Assembly: GCA_011109175.1 (NCBI GenBank)
Contig: RDEW01000020.1
Location: 1,059,418-1,123,417, forward strand
Direction of reading: 5' to 3'
DNA length: 64,000 bases
DNA from: Dicyema japonicum
Lineage: Eukaryota > Animalia > Dicyemida
Shown here: piece after piece, positions 40,761 through 52,893 of the stretch
Numbering within the stretch: position 1 is the stretch's first letter
How the letters are laid out: every line of letters starts with the position of its first letter
Notes under the pieces: model-generated
Told to the model about the DNA's origin: nothing
Database searches by the model: none
The model's input: the letters and a program-made list of their open reading frames with translations, nothing else
Position numbers and translations under genes: made by a program

Positions 40761-40909
40761 TAGTTAACTGATAGTAAGGAATATGACATGAGCGAAACCC
40801 TAATTATCTTTTTATGTAAAATATGAGACTGTTCATTTAGGATCCCTTAACTATTTTTAAAATATACACTTACTAAATCCACAAAGTAATATAATCTGAA
40901 AACAGTAAA

Positions 40910-42056
40910 TCACTTCACATCACTATCCACAGCTTGTAGCATGAAAGGGGGAATGTGGACTTGTAATTCCTCTCCATTCTGCTTAACCATGGTATATGAA
41001 CCCCTCAAACATACAAACACACAACTACCACATATATCCAGTGGGGGAACGTAAGGATATGTGACTGCAATACTGAAATACTGGCTCATAACTAGAAAAG
41101 ACGGGAGTCTATTACTCAGACTGAACAAATACAGTCCCTAGAACACCTTCCCCCTTTATGTTCTCAATCACCCCGACTGGCTGAATATCCGTAAATGTCG
41201 TTTCTGAAGAGTCATCGTGTCATTAGCGTGGTTCTCTATACGAATGCAATATCTCCACTATTCTCATTAAATAAAGCAACCCAATAGCAGTTCTGATCAT
41301 TTACTTTCTCGAAATACAACCAATAACTACCTTTCTTCCAATATAGAAGGGGAGGACACTCACAGTGACATTGTTGGTGTCTCCCTGTGAACCGTCTTCA
41401 GTTCCAACCAGGAATGATTACTGTTCATCATTTTGAGGATTCGTTCGTGACAGGAAAACAAACTCCCATCAGAATTGGGATTATAAAAGAAAAAGTGGTC
41501 GAAAAGATCATTTTTAATGGGATATCTGTCATTCGACGAGTAAGGCAGAATGCACTCATGTGGGACATAGTCAACTCCTAAAATAATGACAAATTGACCT
41601 GGAATGCAAAATAGGCGTTCATCATCGTCGTCAGGGTCTATGAAAGTGACTGCCTCACTGAGAATTCTCTGTTATTATTGGTTAGATTCAACCACGTGAG
41701 TTAGGTCCCTCAAGTCCACCAGAACTTGATAATACTTGGTCTGTTGTCCAGGCATTAGTTGGAGTTGTTGTTCTGGCAGAAATGAGTACTCGAAGTCGTA
41801 AGCTGTCCTTGCTAAATTTCTGTCATACAACTGAACGTCATTCTCTCGTATGACTATTCCCCTATAACCAAATATTTTGTGCAAAAATAGCTATGATAAC
41901 AAAGCAGACCACCTGACATGGGTTATAGGCAATATCCTTTACTTCCTGCAACTCCCCAATGGACACTAAATTGTGACTAATGCTTGTAAGGGTTCCCTAC
42001 TTTGAGTAAAACTTCAATGATCTGCTTGTTAGATTAAAGTAGCGAGCACACAACAT
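40910..42056 (-). CDS. POLDIP2: Polymerase delta-interacting protein 2 (YccV-like + ApaG domains)
   Basis: LFLHKIFGYRGIV, YYQVLVDLRD, VTVSVLPFY, WRYCIRIEN, KGEGVLG, FQYCSHISLRSPTGYMWGSY, VHIPPFML; tiny introns. Confidence 0.92.
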
Positions 42057-42249
42057 GCGATTATACAATATTAATTTTAATTATTTTTATATTTTATTTC
42101 TTAAATTAGGACTTTAATATTTGGATGGTTACAGGGCCATATATCCCCCAGATTCTGAGGCACTTTCGAAGGGCAGTTGGGTCACAGACAAAACACTCAA
42201 GGAGAATTCGCGAGATGTTGGAGGCTTGGATCACATAATTAGTGAGTTA

Positions 42250-42830
42250 ACCTTCTTTCTTGGTGGTCTTGAGGTTTTAAAATAAATAAAATGTGGCCAA
42301 GAACTTTGAACCTCCGCTTCCAGACGATGAATTGCATATTTTGTGTCGGAACATGTAGGTACAGGCAGTTGATTGTTTCGCTTTCAGCAGTCAATTGTAA
42401 TTGTCCAATGAAGAAATCGGTGGAATACATTGACAATAGTGAAACAGGACTTATTGACTCTGATAAATGAAATTTCAATATGAGGATCCTCAGATATGAG
42501 AGCTTTATAAGAATAGACATGTGTGCAGAATAAGTAAACCGCCCCAGTTGAGCTGGAGGCGTGGTCAGAAAGTAACTCAGAACAGTTCTTAAAGTGAGGA
42601 GTCTTGGATTTTGATGCAAGCTTAGTTTCTCTGATAAAAGCAATGTCCTCATAATGATTGTGCAAGAAGTTACGTAAATCAACACATTTGTGGAGTAAGT
42701 TGATGTTCAACAGGAGTATCTTCTACTTTTGCTGAAATGACTCTTGTCCAGAGTTAGTATCAACATCACTACACCCGATTAAAGAAATCTTGGAACAGTA
42801 GCTTGGTGGTTGTCCTGTAGCCACTACCAA
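42250..42830 (-). mobile_element. Ingi/Vingi-like LINE 5' part: degenerate 2A plus APE
   Basis: LIGCSDVDTNSGQ followed by KILLLNIN...DIAFIRETKL. Confidence 0.7.
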
Positions 42831-43329
42831 ACAAATTATTTGGTAGTTCCTTGTTAAGAGAAATAATTTGGATCTGTTCGTTACAAATTTAGGGAGTTTT
42901 CTCCAACGAGCAGATGGCCAACATGAAAACCGAAGAGAAGGTTATAGACGACTTTTCGGGAAAACCTGACTATTTTTCAGAATTGACTCCTCATTTGTTA
43001 CATTGTGTTTTCCGGATAAATCCCATTTTCCTGAGGTGAATAAATTAATATCATCTATCGGGTTACTTGTCAAAATAACTCATGACGTCAATTATTTGAA
43101 GAAATAGGCTATCCTACTGAGCTCGTTGTAGCAAGGTGAGGCAGCTGGTAATGCAACCACAGAACAGAACAATTCTATTAAACAGAAATTAGGAATATAT
43201 GAGTTATTTAATATGAAAAAGAATTAAAACAAAGGACATTTTACCAATTGTGGAATAGTTGGTAGTTATTTTTTCCTTTGATCATTCATTGTTATGGAAT
43301 ATCTGCAACATTCTGTGAAGTGGAGAGCT

Positions 43330-43430
43330 CAGTTTCGATAGACGATAGGAGAGAAAGGAGTTGGCTCATAAAGCGAATTTCTTTGCAAATTGTCAGGGGA
43401 AATGCAGCCAGCAGTTGTTAACTGTTAGTT
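43330..43430 (+). mobile_element. CRE 3' end fragment
   Basis: DRRERSWLIKRISLQIVRGNAAS. Confidence 0.7.
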
Positions 43431-44130
43431 TTGCGTTAAATAAAATTAATATTTATTTGACATTTTAAGGTCATTTTTTGATTAAAGAACAACTTTCGGT
43501 TGCCCTAGTCATCACTAATGACAGGCAAAATGAATTTAATGACAGGTCACATAATAACAGTTTTTAATAAGGAAATTAATCATTTTATCAAATATGGCAT
43601 AACCCAATCGTGTTACTTAGTTCGTTTATATGGGGAAGAGTCCTCTACATACTATTTCGTATGGAAATTCTTTATGACTCGGGGTTTTCTCGTATTTTGG
43701 ATTTTACCATGCATAATTGGTTTAAGAGTCTACAATTATCAAAAAACATGTTATTTTGTCTCATGTAAGAGCATCAGGGATCATTGGTGGAGATTTTTGT
43801 CTGTATTTCACGATGGACTCATAAATTTGACTCTAATGAACGATTTATTTTCCCTGTGATGTTTTAACTGCCAAGACCGATGTTTTCCCAATGATCCCAT
43901 GTCTCAAGCATGAGATATGTTCAGCCAGTTCTTTAAGCTCATTCTAAGGTCTTCACCTTTGTTATAATTTTCTTGCAAGTCCTTAATGCAGTCTGGACAT
44001 TATATGTATTTAACAATATGCTCAGAATGCTGATCATTGTCCCTCAGCCACCTCTCCCTTTCCTACATATCAAAAGCCTAAGATAATTTATAACTCCTTT
44101 AGACTAAAAAAACAGAATTGTTAGTAAAAA

Positions 44131-46265
44131 TCATTGTGGGTAAAGATTAGCAGGTTTGACCTTTCCTTCAGTAATCTCTCGAATGAGCATAAGCAGGTCA
44201 TACTCTATCAGTTCGCTTACCTTAGAGTCATTCTTATAATCCTTGTGGGAGGTAACAAAATCCCTAATAAACTTTGCATTTGTTATAAGATCCCCTATTA
44301 TTACAAATCAGACAGACCAGATGCTCGTTTTGAAAACAATGTGAGATATCTAGAGAGCATACAACATGTGGACACTGAGATGCTGGGATGAGACTTGATG
44401 TACTTCCACACAAATGGAATTAAGCCTAAGAACCGATTCTATGATAAAATGCCTAATCTTACGCTTCCGTTCATAATTTCATTAATCGACATTTCACACA
44501 AATTCTCTCTCCACATGCTGTCCTTCGCGTTCAGTGAGTCCAATCGAAAATAAAATTTCTGTTCCGAGACTGCGTCCCTCAACATAGCTCTCTGCATATT
44601 TTCGTCCACCTGAAAACCCTCACAACTGCACTTACTTGAGATATTGGAATACGGAAATCTATTGAACTATACGAATCGTTGAAGGAGAGAGAGGCTCGAG
44701 TTATGAGGATCACAAACAACACAAATGCAGAATTTTCAAAATCAGTGAATTGTACCTATTTTAGTGAAGACGGTACAAACGTCTAGAGGTCTAAATTCCA
44801 CTCTCCACCCGGGACCGCATTGTTGTCCGGAAGAGGGGGGCTTGAATCTCAATGACTGCCAGTTTGTAGACTGAATATTGTTAAAGTGGTCCTCGTCAAA
44901 ATTCTCATCAGTTTCTACCATTTCTTTAAACACTGAAACGGGGTCTCGCACGAAAAGATGGGCCACGTGGGAAGCCATCAAATCATCAATCCCTTAATAG
45001 TTACCAAACTCCAAACCCGCATCAATCAGAGTTTTGTAATGATCCTCGTTATATAAAATGGGGATATCGTTCATTTCCCTTCCTCGCTCAGTGAGATAGC
45101 AATCCACGGTTCCGTAACGAGACTTGGCAGGACTAGCCTTTACGTGAAGATAACTTCCAATACTGGGGGAGACAGTTCTGCTTCAGTACGATCGTCCACT
45201 GATGCCTCGATTGCATGCCACCTAGCGTCAAAATCAGCCAGAAGGCCCTTGAAAATGGGACAACACGCACTGAGGGCCATCTAAAATAAAAGATGGGAAA
45301 GTACAAGGATTGGACAAAGAGGATTCAACTGGTCGTACAACTGTCTAGCCTCGGAGACGTTGTAGGTTTGAAAAGTTACCTTAAATAAGATATAAATACA
45401 GCCTGAAGACAGCTCAACCCCATTCCGAACCCCATACAGTCCATGTTAATGAAATTATCAGGTGGGGGATCATCACAAGGAGAAAATTCATCTTTAAAAG
45501 GCCACGGAGTATTAATATCTCTGTAAACTAAGGTACTTGACGAAGTGTACTTGGAATATAAATTTGAACCTTCTTTCCACGCCTTTCCCGAATATTTCTG
45601 GTCAGGGTCCTTAACTCTGAGAACAGAAAATACCTGAATCGAGGATGACCATTATAGATGGCTTCATCTGGATAGAAAAGGGAGCCAGAGATCCCATCAG
45701 TGGTGGGAGTTGACGTCGGCCAAGTAAAGTCAGGACAGCCAAGTCTGTGAATTAATAAAAGATAACCTTGGTAAAGAAGTGATGCATAAACAATCATAGA
45801 AACAGTCCCCTTCGTTTCCATCGGACAGCATTTCTATGACTTTGAGTCGACTATATAAGTTCAAAATAAACCGAATTTTCATATTTTCCTCGACTTTGTT
45901 GAAATTATCCAAATTCCCAACCATCGTTTGTCCGGGGATTCCTTCGAGCACGTAGGAGGCATATTCCGGTCTCCAGTCTGACAGTTTTTCTCTGAAAGTG
46001 ATTTCAAGTAAAACTCGTCGTCGTCCTTGCTGAGTCGGCAGAGTATCTCATCAGCCCTCAGACTGGCTCGTACACGTTTCTCGTTTGGATTGAAATGGAG
46101 TAATGTGTATTCAATTTCATCCCCCCATTTTAAATCTTCTCCTTTCCTGTCTTTGTTTTCATTCCAACAGTTGATAAAGTGAAGAATCCCTCGAGTCTTG
46201 ATGAACTCAATGTGATCAATGATTTCATCCCATTTCAAAGACTCCCCCGAGCTAAGTAAGCCCAT
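44131..46265 (-). CDS. GCLC: Glutamate-cysteine ligase catalytic subunit
   Basis: [90 protein letters not shown]; about 12 introns of 21-29 nt. Confidence 0.97.
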
Positions 46266-46459
46266 TATTTAGATGTATCACGACAACCCTTTATATAGTA
46301 AAAATTGTATGCGTCATTGTGGACAGCACTTAATATTTAATTGTGGTATATAATAATTAATATTTAATTTAATTGTAAAAAATTAAGTATTGAGTTGATT
46401 CACCTGTTTTCTGGTTAAATAAATTAATTTAATAAATTTTATCATTTAAAAAAATGCAC

Positions 46460-46950
46460 AACATACAAAGAGGAATGTATCGCTGAAACTTCGTGTCAGA
46501 CTATACGACACGTTTATCAAACCAATACTGATCTACAATTCCTAGATACTTTCCACAAAAGCCAACTGCGCATACTGACTGGAATCTTATGGCCGAGAAA
46601 AATCTCAAACGAGAAACTATATGCTCTATGTAGATCTACACCAATTAGCATGGACGTTGTTCTATCGAGATGGCAACTATTTGGAAATATTCTTAGACTG
46701 GACCCGACTATGCCGCGTAACAGAATAATGGAAGAATATTTCTACTGCGTGGAAGTCACGGATTTCGAGGCAGACCAAGAAATACATCTCCAATTTGCTT
46801 AAAAGATGATTACGAAACAATCGGTCGTAAATTAGTGACAGCTGGATGATATTCGAATGAGGGCCAAAAACAAGATGGCGAGGAGGATGGTTGTAAAACA
46901 TGGCTCAAGTGAAACCCTTTTAGGGCTACGCGAAGGAGCTTTTAACTAAC
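46460..46950 (+). mobile_element. RTE 3' fragment
   Basis: RVRLYDTFIKPILIYN, WPRKISNEKLY, RWQLFGNILR. Confidence 0.8.
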
Positions 46951-47754
46951 CAAATTTTATAATTTTAGCAATAAGATAAGGAGATTTTGTTTAGGATAAC
47001 AGCCTTTATCTTCCATTATCATACCTATCCCAAGCCACAGTTCTCTTTCCACCCTTATTCAACTTACATTTATCAAGTTTGCGGACGAATACATTGCTCC
47101 TCCTTATACTAAGATATTGTAATTACTTAACGCCATCTGCTGTAGACTTTAATTCTGTAGTTTCCCAAGATCATTTTATTAATATTTCCTCTTGGTTGTA
47201 GCTCAATCTTCTCAACCATTTTCAAACCAATCCGCTTTGACCTTCTTCACAACCGATCGCCGTCAGTTCGACTTATAACCAACTATGCTCAAGAATAACA
47301 CTCCCCTCTCCGTCATCAAATACCCAAAAATACTTGTCATGATCCTCGACACTTACCTGTCATTTTAAAAATATGTCAAATATGACCAAGAAGCTCAACT
47401 AAGCAAAAAGAACTTTGCAACCGTCTACAAACAGTTTATCGCGTTTTATTCACATAGTTAACTCTTATCCAATTTTGTTGGTCACTTTTGTTCACTGGTC
47501 TTTTCCAAGCCAATGTTTATAAAATCCAAATTGTAATTTATTATGATTACCTCCTCTTCTAGTGGGAGAGATTTATGGAGATATCAAGTTGTTTATGAAT
47601 TTTTGAAAGAAGTAAAAGTTCTCTACTAACTAAGTGATCCCAGACCGACATGTGAGATGACGAGTCAGCTGGGGTCGAGAATCATGTAAAGCTCTTCTCA
47701 TTGGACATGGCATCGGCTCAAACCTTTTACATGTTTGTAAATATTTCAGTTTTC

Positions 47755-48200
47755 CTATCTATAACGACATTTCATCAATCATTAACGACAATAGTCGATC
47801 ATTAACGAAAATTCTTCAATCATTAACGACACTTTGTGAATCAACAACCACAGTTTGTAAATCAATACGATACTGGAGCAGTATAAAAACGATTTTTTAG
47901 TATTTACAACCCTAATAACCGCATCAAACAACCTGGAAAATGAAAGAAGCAATAGCCAGGAAAGGTGTAAAATCTCAAATGAATTTAGAGAGTTCGTTAT
48001 TAACTATGCTAAGAATAATCTTAGCATTACTGAGATCTCCCGAGATATGGGTTTTCTCGTAGTACTGCATGTACAATTGTTCTTCATATCTCAAGCATGG
48101 AAAGACCAAATGTGCAAGCGTGGCGGAAATCATAGACAATCTTGACCGCTAACCAGAAAAATTTAAAATGTCAGTGGTTTGATGAAAATGCAGCAATAGC
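47755..48200 (+). mobile_element. Tc1/IS630-like transposase N-terminal HTH fragment, preceded by ~21-bp aatcattaacgac repeats
   Basis: ISNEFREFVINY...SITEISRDMG.SRST..TIV...RGGN.R..LTANQK...WFDEN. Confidence 0.55.
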
Positions 48201-48204
48201 CTTC

Positions 48205-50934
48205 GCATCCGCCCACAGATCATCCAGATTTTCTCATGTTTTCAGTTTTCTTCCTATGCAAGTGAGTTCTTTGTCGACCTCGATACGTTGTTTTGTTTAA
48301 TACAAAAAAGCATGATTCCATGGCCTGATTGGCCGGTGCCATTTCTAAAGCTCGTAGGATATGTCCAAAGAGCTGTCATTTCGCAGAAGTAACTTTATTC
48401 CCAATCTTTGTTGTTTGAGTAATTCTACATTACTCGTCGTTAGTTATCCGGTTTGGCTAGTAGACTCCCAGAAAAAGTCGCAGTTGTTTATGTGGAAAGA
48501 GTAGGGATTTTCCAGTTATTTGGTGGTTAGGCGCTAGGTCCCCGCCTTATAAAGTAGAATTGGTTCGATAAAGGAGTTGTATAACCGTATTCGAAGGCGA
48601 GTGCCTATGTACTTTCGTCGCATCCAGATCACCCACAACTTTTCTGTGAATAACATCCTGTAAGTCCCGTAGGAGAGATCCAACTTTCTTGCATGTTCTC
48701 CACTTTTTCTCGTTTCTCGTCGTACAACGGGATACGCTAGTTCTTTCCGTTTTGTCTGGGTTTACTCCTCCAAGCCTTGAGGGATCACTTTTAGTATAGT
48801 TTCCAGCGTATCCCTATCCCGGCAGACGAAATCAATATCATCGGCGTAGATTACTTCCATCACGTTAGTGAAACAATTCTTTTCCCGGAGAGGTCTTAGA
48901 GCTGCCTCCAGGTATATTATGAATAGGACCGGGGATAACGGGTCTCCCTGTGGTGCGTCGGTGTCGGTTTTAAATCTTGTTGAGTTGTAATTTCCCACGC
49001 GCACTGATAGCGATGTGTTGGAGAGTAAAAATCTGATCATACGTGATGCATCCTCGTCTAGAATACTCTCCAGTACGTGCATTAGCTTCTTGCGGTTGAT
49101 AGTGTCGAAAGCACGGGATAAGTCAATTCCAAGGATTGAGATTTCTTGGTTTTGTTTCTGGCACATTGCACACATCCACCTGTGGTTCCATACAACGTCT
49201 GCCGTCGACTTTCCAGGTCTGAATCCACTTTGACTTGGGTTCAGAAACTCATTTACTAAAATACGATCCATCACAACAAGGGAGAGTATTTTCCTTATCG
49301 TATTCATTAGTGTAATCGGGCGTAGACTGTCTAGATTTCCTCTCCTTTCCAGGTTTCTGAATTGGGATTAAGGTGCCATTCCCCACATCAAATGGACTGT
49401 GACATTTGAACATCCTGTTCAGGACTATGCAGATTAACTTAGCCTGTCTGGCGCGTATTTCAATAATTCTGCATTCATGTTGTCCGGTCCAGGGGCTCTG
49501 CAATTCTTGAGCTTACCCAAAGTTGAAATGATTTCGTAATGCGTGATGCATTGATTCAAGTCTCTGGGAATTTCTTCGAACGGTTCCAAGTGTTCATTGA
49601 GATTTAGCCGTTTTTTGTAGAAAGCGGCAATTTTATTTGCTGATTCCTGGCCGGTGATTGTACTTTTCTTGTATCATCAGAACTATGATTCTTTCAGGTC
49701 TGGCGTTGCGCGATAATTGTTTAACCGCAGCAAACATTCTTGCACCATGTTTGTACCGTTCGTGTATGCCGGGCTAGTTCCCTCAGTCTTCTCTATTTTG
49801 TATTTGATTCTGTTGCGTTCTCTTTTAAGAGAGTCAGTTTAGCTTGTCGAGACTGACGACTCGATTAAGAGTCAGAGTTTCCTTTGGTTTTCCGACAGTT
49901 CTTTATTTCTTTATCAAAAATCCCCTTGAATCTCTTTGGGCGATTTCCCAGTACCATCCCAGCAGCCTGCCTGATTCTGATAGAAATATTCTTCCATAGG
50001 TGACATATCCGTGTCGATATTATCCAACATTTTCAATATTTTCTCGCAGTATTTTTTACGGGTATTGTCGAAAGCACATAGAGCCTCCACGGCCAAGGTC
50101 CTGCTCCGCGTACGAGCTGCCAGTGCTCCAAAGATTCCAAAGCGTCGTTTTAGAATGAGACGTGCCACTAGTAGTTTGTGATCACTCGAGGTCATCATGC
50201 CACTGTACGTACGGGAGTCTGTGAGTAGCCCCCTCTGTGTTTGCATGCATAGTATGTAGTCGATTTGGTTAAATATATTGACTCGATTTCCATAGGAGTT
50301 TCTCCCCTGCCCTGTCCCATGTTACAAAGGAATAGTCCAAATGACTCGCAGAAGTGTATAAGGGCCCCGGACAGATTTCAGATCCCTCGAGCGTGGCTGC
50401 CCTGGAAATTTGATTCGTCCCGCTTTTTCCCAACTTCTGAATTCCAGTCTTCCGCTATAGAGAGCATGTAAGAGCTGGATAGGGAGGAGTAAGCCGATGA
50501 TAAGGACGAGTAGAAATTTTCAAGTTCCTCTGCGTTGGCGGATACCCTCACTGTGGTGGGTGCATATACATTGATAATCGATAGAGTAGTATTACGGTTG
50601 TTTCCAAGGCGTAATTAGAGGATGGCAATCCTGTCGTTGATACTCCATGCTCTATGAGCCACCAAAGCAGCGTCTACGCGTATACCGAACCTTATCCCAT
50701 AATGTCGGCAGTCTGGTGGCAACAGAAGCAGTCGATACCCGTTCATTGTTTCATCCAGACTATTGGGAATTTAGTCGCCTGGAGACAGCATACGGATATT
50801 CCGTATAATTGGAGGTCCGCACATAAGTGTTGTCTTTTTACGTATGAGTTAGTCCTCTTGCACTGAATGATCTAATGGAAAATAGGAAAGATTGAGTGCA
50901 TGAAGAAGACATTGTGCAAAAGAGGCACGTCACC
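48205..50934 (-). mobile_element. RTE-clade LINE, near full length, decayed (same family as 490-3429)
   Basis: ATG at 50912; APE; RT ORF 48762-49307 (QSGFRPGKST, IDLSRAFD, PQGDPLSPVLF, YADD). Confidence 0.93.
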
Positions 50935-50939
50935 TCTAG

Positions 50940-51686
50940 TTCGCAAGGCTGTCATTTATTTTCGACGCACATTGTCCTTTCATCCGTGACCTCGTTTTGA
51001 CCTCCAAAAATATTGGATTGTGGTCACTCCTGGTGTCATATTTCACTGACACATCAATGAGAGGGGCCAGGGATGGAGATCCCAATGGATGAAGGTTTAT
51101 CGTTACGTCGAGTATATTTTTGTATGGGAAAGCCGTTGAGTATGCAGAAATTGTGAAGATCAATTAGCATTTTCCCATTTTTTCATGGGCTTGTTTTGTC
51201 AACTACAAGTAACCACAGAGAATCACATCCTTCAGTGATGTGAGAGGAGTCAATCTGGGAGCACAGGAAGAACTCAAAGATGGGAGATATGGGTTGACCA
51301 ATATTATTGAAAGTCTTGGGAATCGGACTTTGGTAGTCACAAGTTAGAGATTTCCATAGTCTTTAAGCATACTGTAGACATTGTAAGTTATATTCCGTTG
51401 CGAATTACTATGAATTCCGGAAATATTAGGGTTGAATTTTTGGGGAAAAGTTTAGATTCTTGAATTAACAACAAGTCGATGTGATGTTCTTTCAAAAACG
51501 CCCGAAGCTTGAGTACCTTGTTCTTGATTCCATTTATATTGAGTTGGACTATTCTGGCTGGTCCATGGTTTGCCTCAACGTCTCCGCAACGGAACAGGTC
51601 TTCCTTATTAGTCCACCCGTTAAGATAGGGGAAAGTGTGGCTCTTTTCTTCCAAGTGCCACCACGTCGTCGGCTAGCCAATGACAA
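50940..51686 (-). mobile_element. Ingi/Vingi-like LINE 5' part: ribozyme-like motif, leader, 2A-like peptide, APE
   Basis: ACGTGGTGGCA motif; GWTNKEDLFRCGDVEANHGP then IVQLNINGIKNK...IDLLLIQESKL; LDVT, SDHNPI. Confidence 0.82.
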
Positions 51687-51694
51687 TGAAAAAA

Positions 51695-52148
51695 TTATTA
51701 TTAAAAAGCACTCCCGAGAAAACATAAAATTAGTTAAGTCTCCCTTGTGCCGTATTCCTAATCATCCTCTCCGTCAGCCTCGACCATGATCCTCTGTTGC
51801 GCGCTAGTTCTCTTAGGTAGTCTACGTCGTCTGCCATTTCCATTATAATATTAGATGCTGCCCACACTCTTGTAGCACAGTGAATCAGGTCCTGATGGAC
51901 TGCAAATCCGAGACCATAATGTCAGCAGGCCGATAAGAGGGTAAAAAGGTGGAATTTTCTAAACAGTTCTGTAAATTATACCGTCGTTTTTGTCTCTTGT
52001 AGCAGACAGATAAGTCGTATTTTGTTAGATCGCTTACCAGCTGGTGTTTCTTGTAAGGTTTTTTAAGTCCTCTGCAATTAAAAGATCCCAGAGTGAACGG
52101 AGAAGTCGGTAAGGAATACGAATAAGACATAGTGCAATAGAGGCGTCG
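51695..52148 (-). mobile_element. Internally deleted 454-bp RTE derivative with 14-bp TSD
   Basis: TSD TGACAATGAAAAAA at 51681-51694 and 52149-52162; APE start (LGSFNCRGL) fused to ORF end (DDVDYLRELARNRGSW), hairpin and (TAA)n. Confidence 0.88.
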
Positions 52149-52283
52149 TGACAATGAAAAAAAAGCATGTTAATATCCACAAATTTAGCATTTATTCGCC
52201 AAATATGAATTAATAAATAATATAAAAACTATTGATGTTAATAAAATAATATTATTAAATAATATAATCGTAACACTTGTCCA

Positions 52284-52893
52284 ATGTTAGTGGTGTTATT
52301 GTTAGTAACATTAATCACTAATGAAGATTACTCATTCGAACTGGCGGATGGTCAAATGGAATGCTTTGGTCAGTTCTTAAAGGCTAACATGCCTTTGGAG
52401 TTTATTTACCAAGTAAGTATAACATTCATTGTAGGTGTATTCGGGAGTCAACAATGAATTGGATGTATTCATATACAGACCCGACCATATACTACTAAAA
52501 TCCTTTAGTAAGGAGTCCTACGGATATCTTGATGATGATATTAAACAAGAGGGATTCTACAGATTTTGCTTTGACAACAGTTTTTCCTACAGTTCGCACA
52601 AACTGGTGCACTTTAGTTTCAACCACTGGGATCACGAAGATGACGAGGAGTTGAACTCAGTGGGTCCTCAGTCAGGCAGAACATAGTTTATCGAAAATGC
52701 ATAATTTATGGACAATTGGAGTGACATTAAGGAAATTTCTATTATGGAGAGGAATGATGAAAATTATGCGGATATCATATTTAACTCAATTCTGACATGG
52801 GGGATGGTTAACTTTGTGGCTATTGTGGCGATTCAGGTGACCTACATTCTTTTTGTGAGGGATTTTTTTAGTGGGAGAAGAAGTTTGGGTTGA
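52284..52893 (+). CDS. p24/TMED (emp24/gp25L) GOLD-domain cargo receptor; coiled-coil junction unresolved
   Basis: Signal peptide MLVVLLLV, FEL..GQMECF, 22-nt intron 52413-52434, GFYRFCFDNSFS..SHKLVHF, TM helix then LFVRDFF. Confidence 0.82.

Noticed and set aside
36124-46265. Ciliate origin or alternative genetic code suggested by the tiny introns
   Set aside because: Spliced exons contain no in-frame TAA/TAG, and TAA and TGA end genes normally
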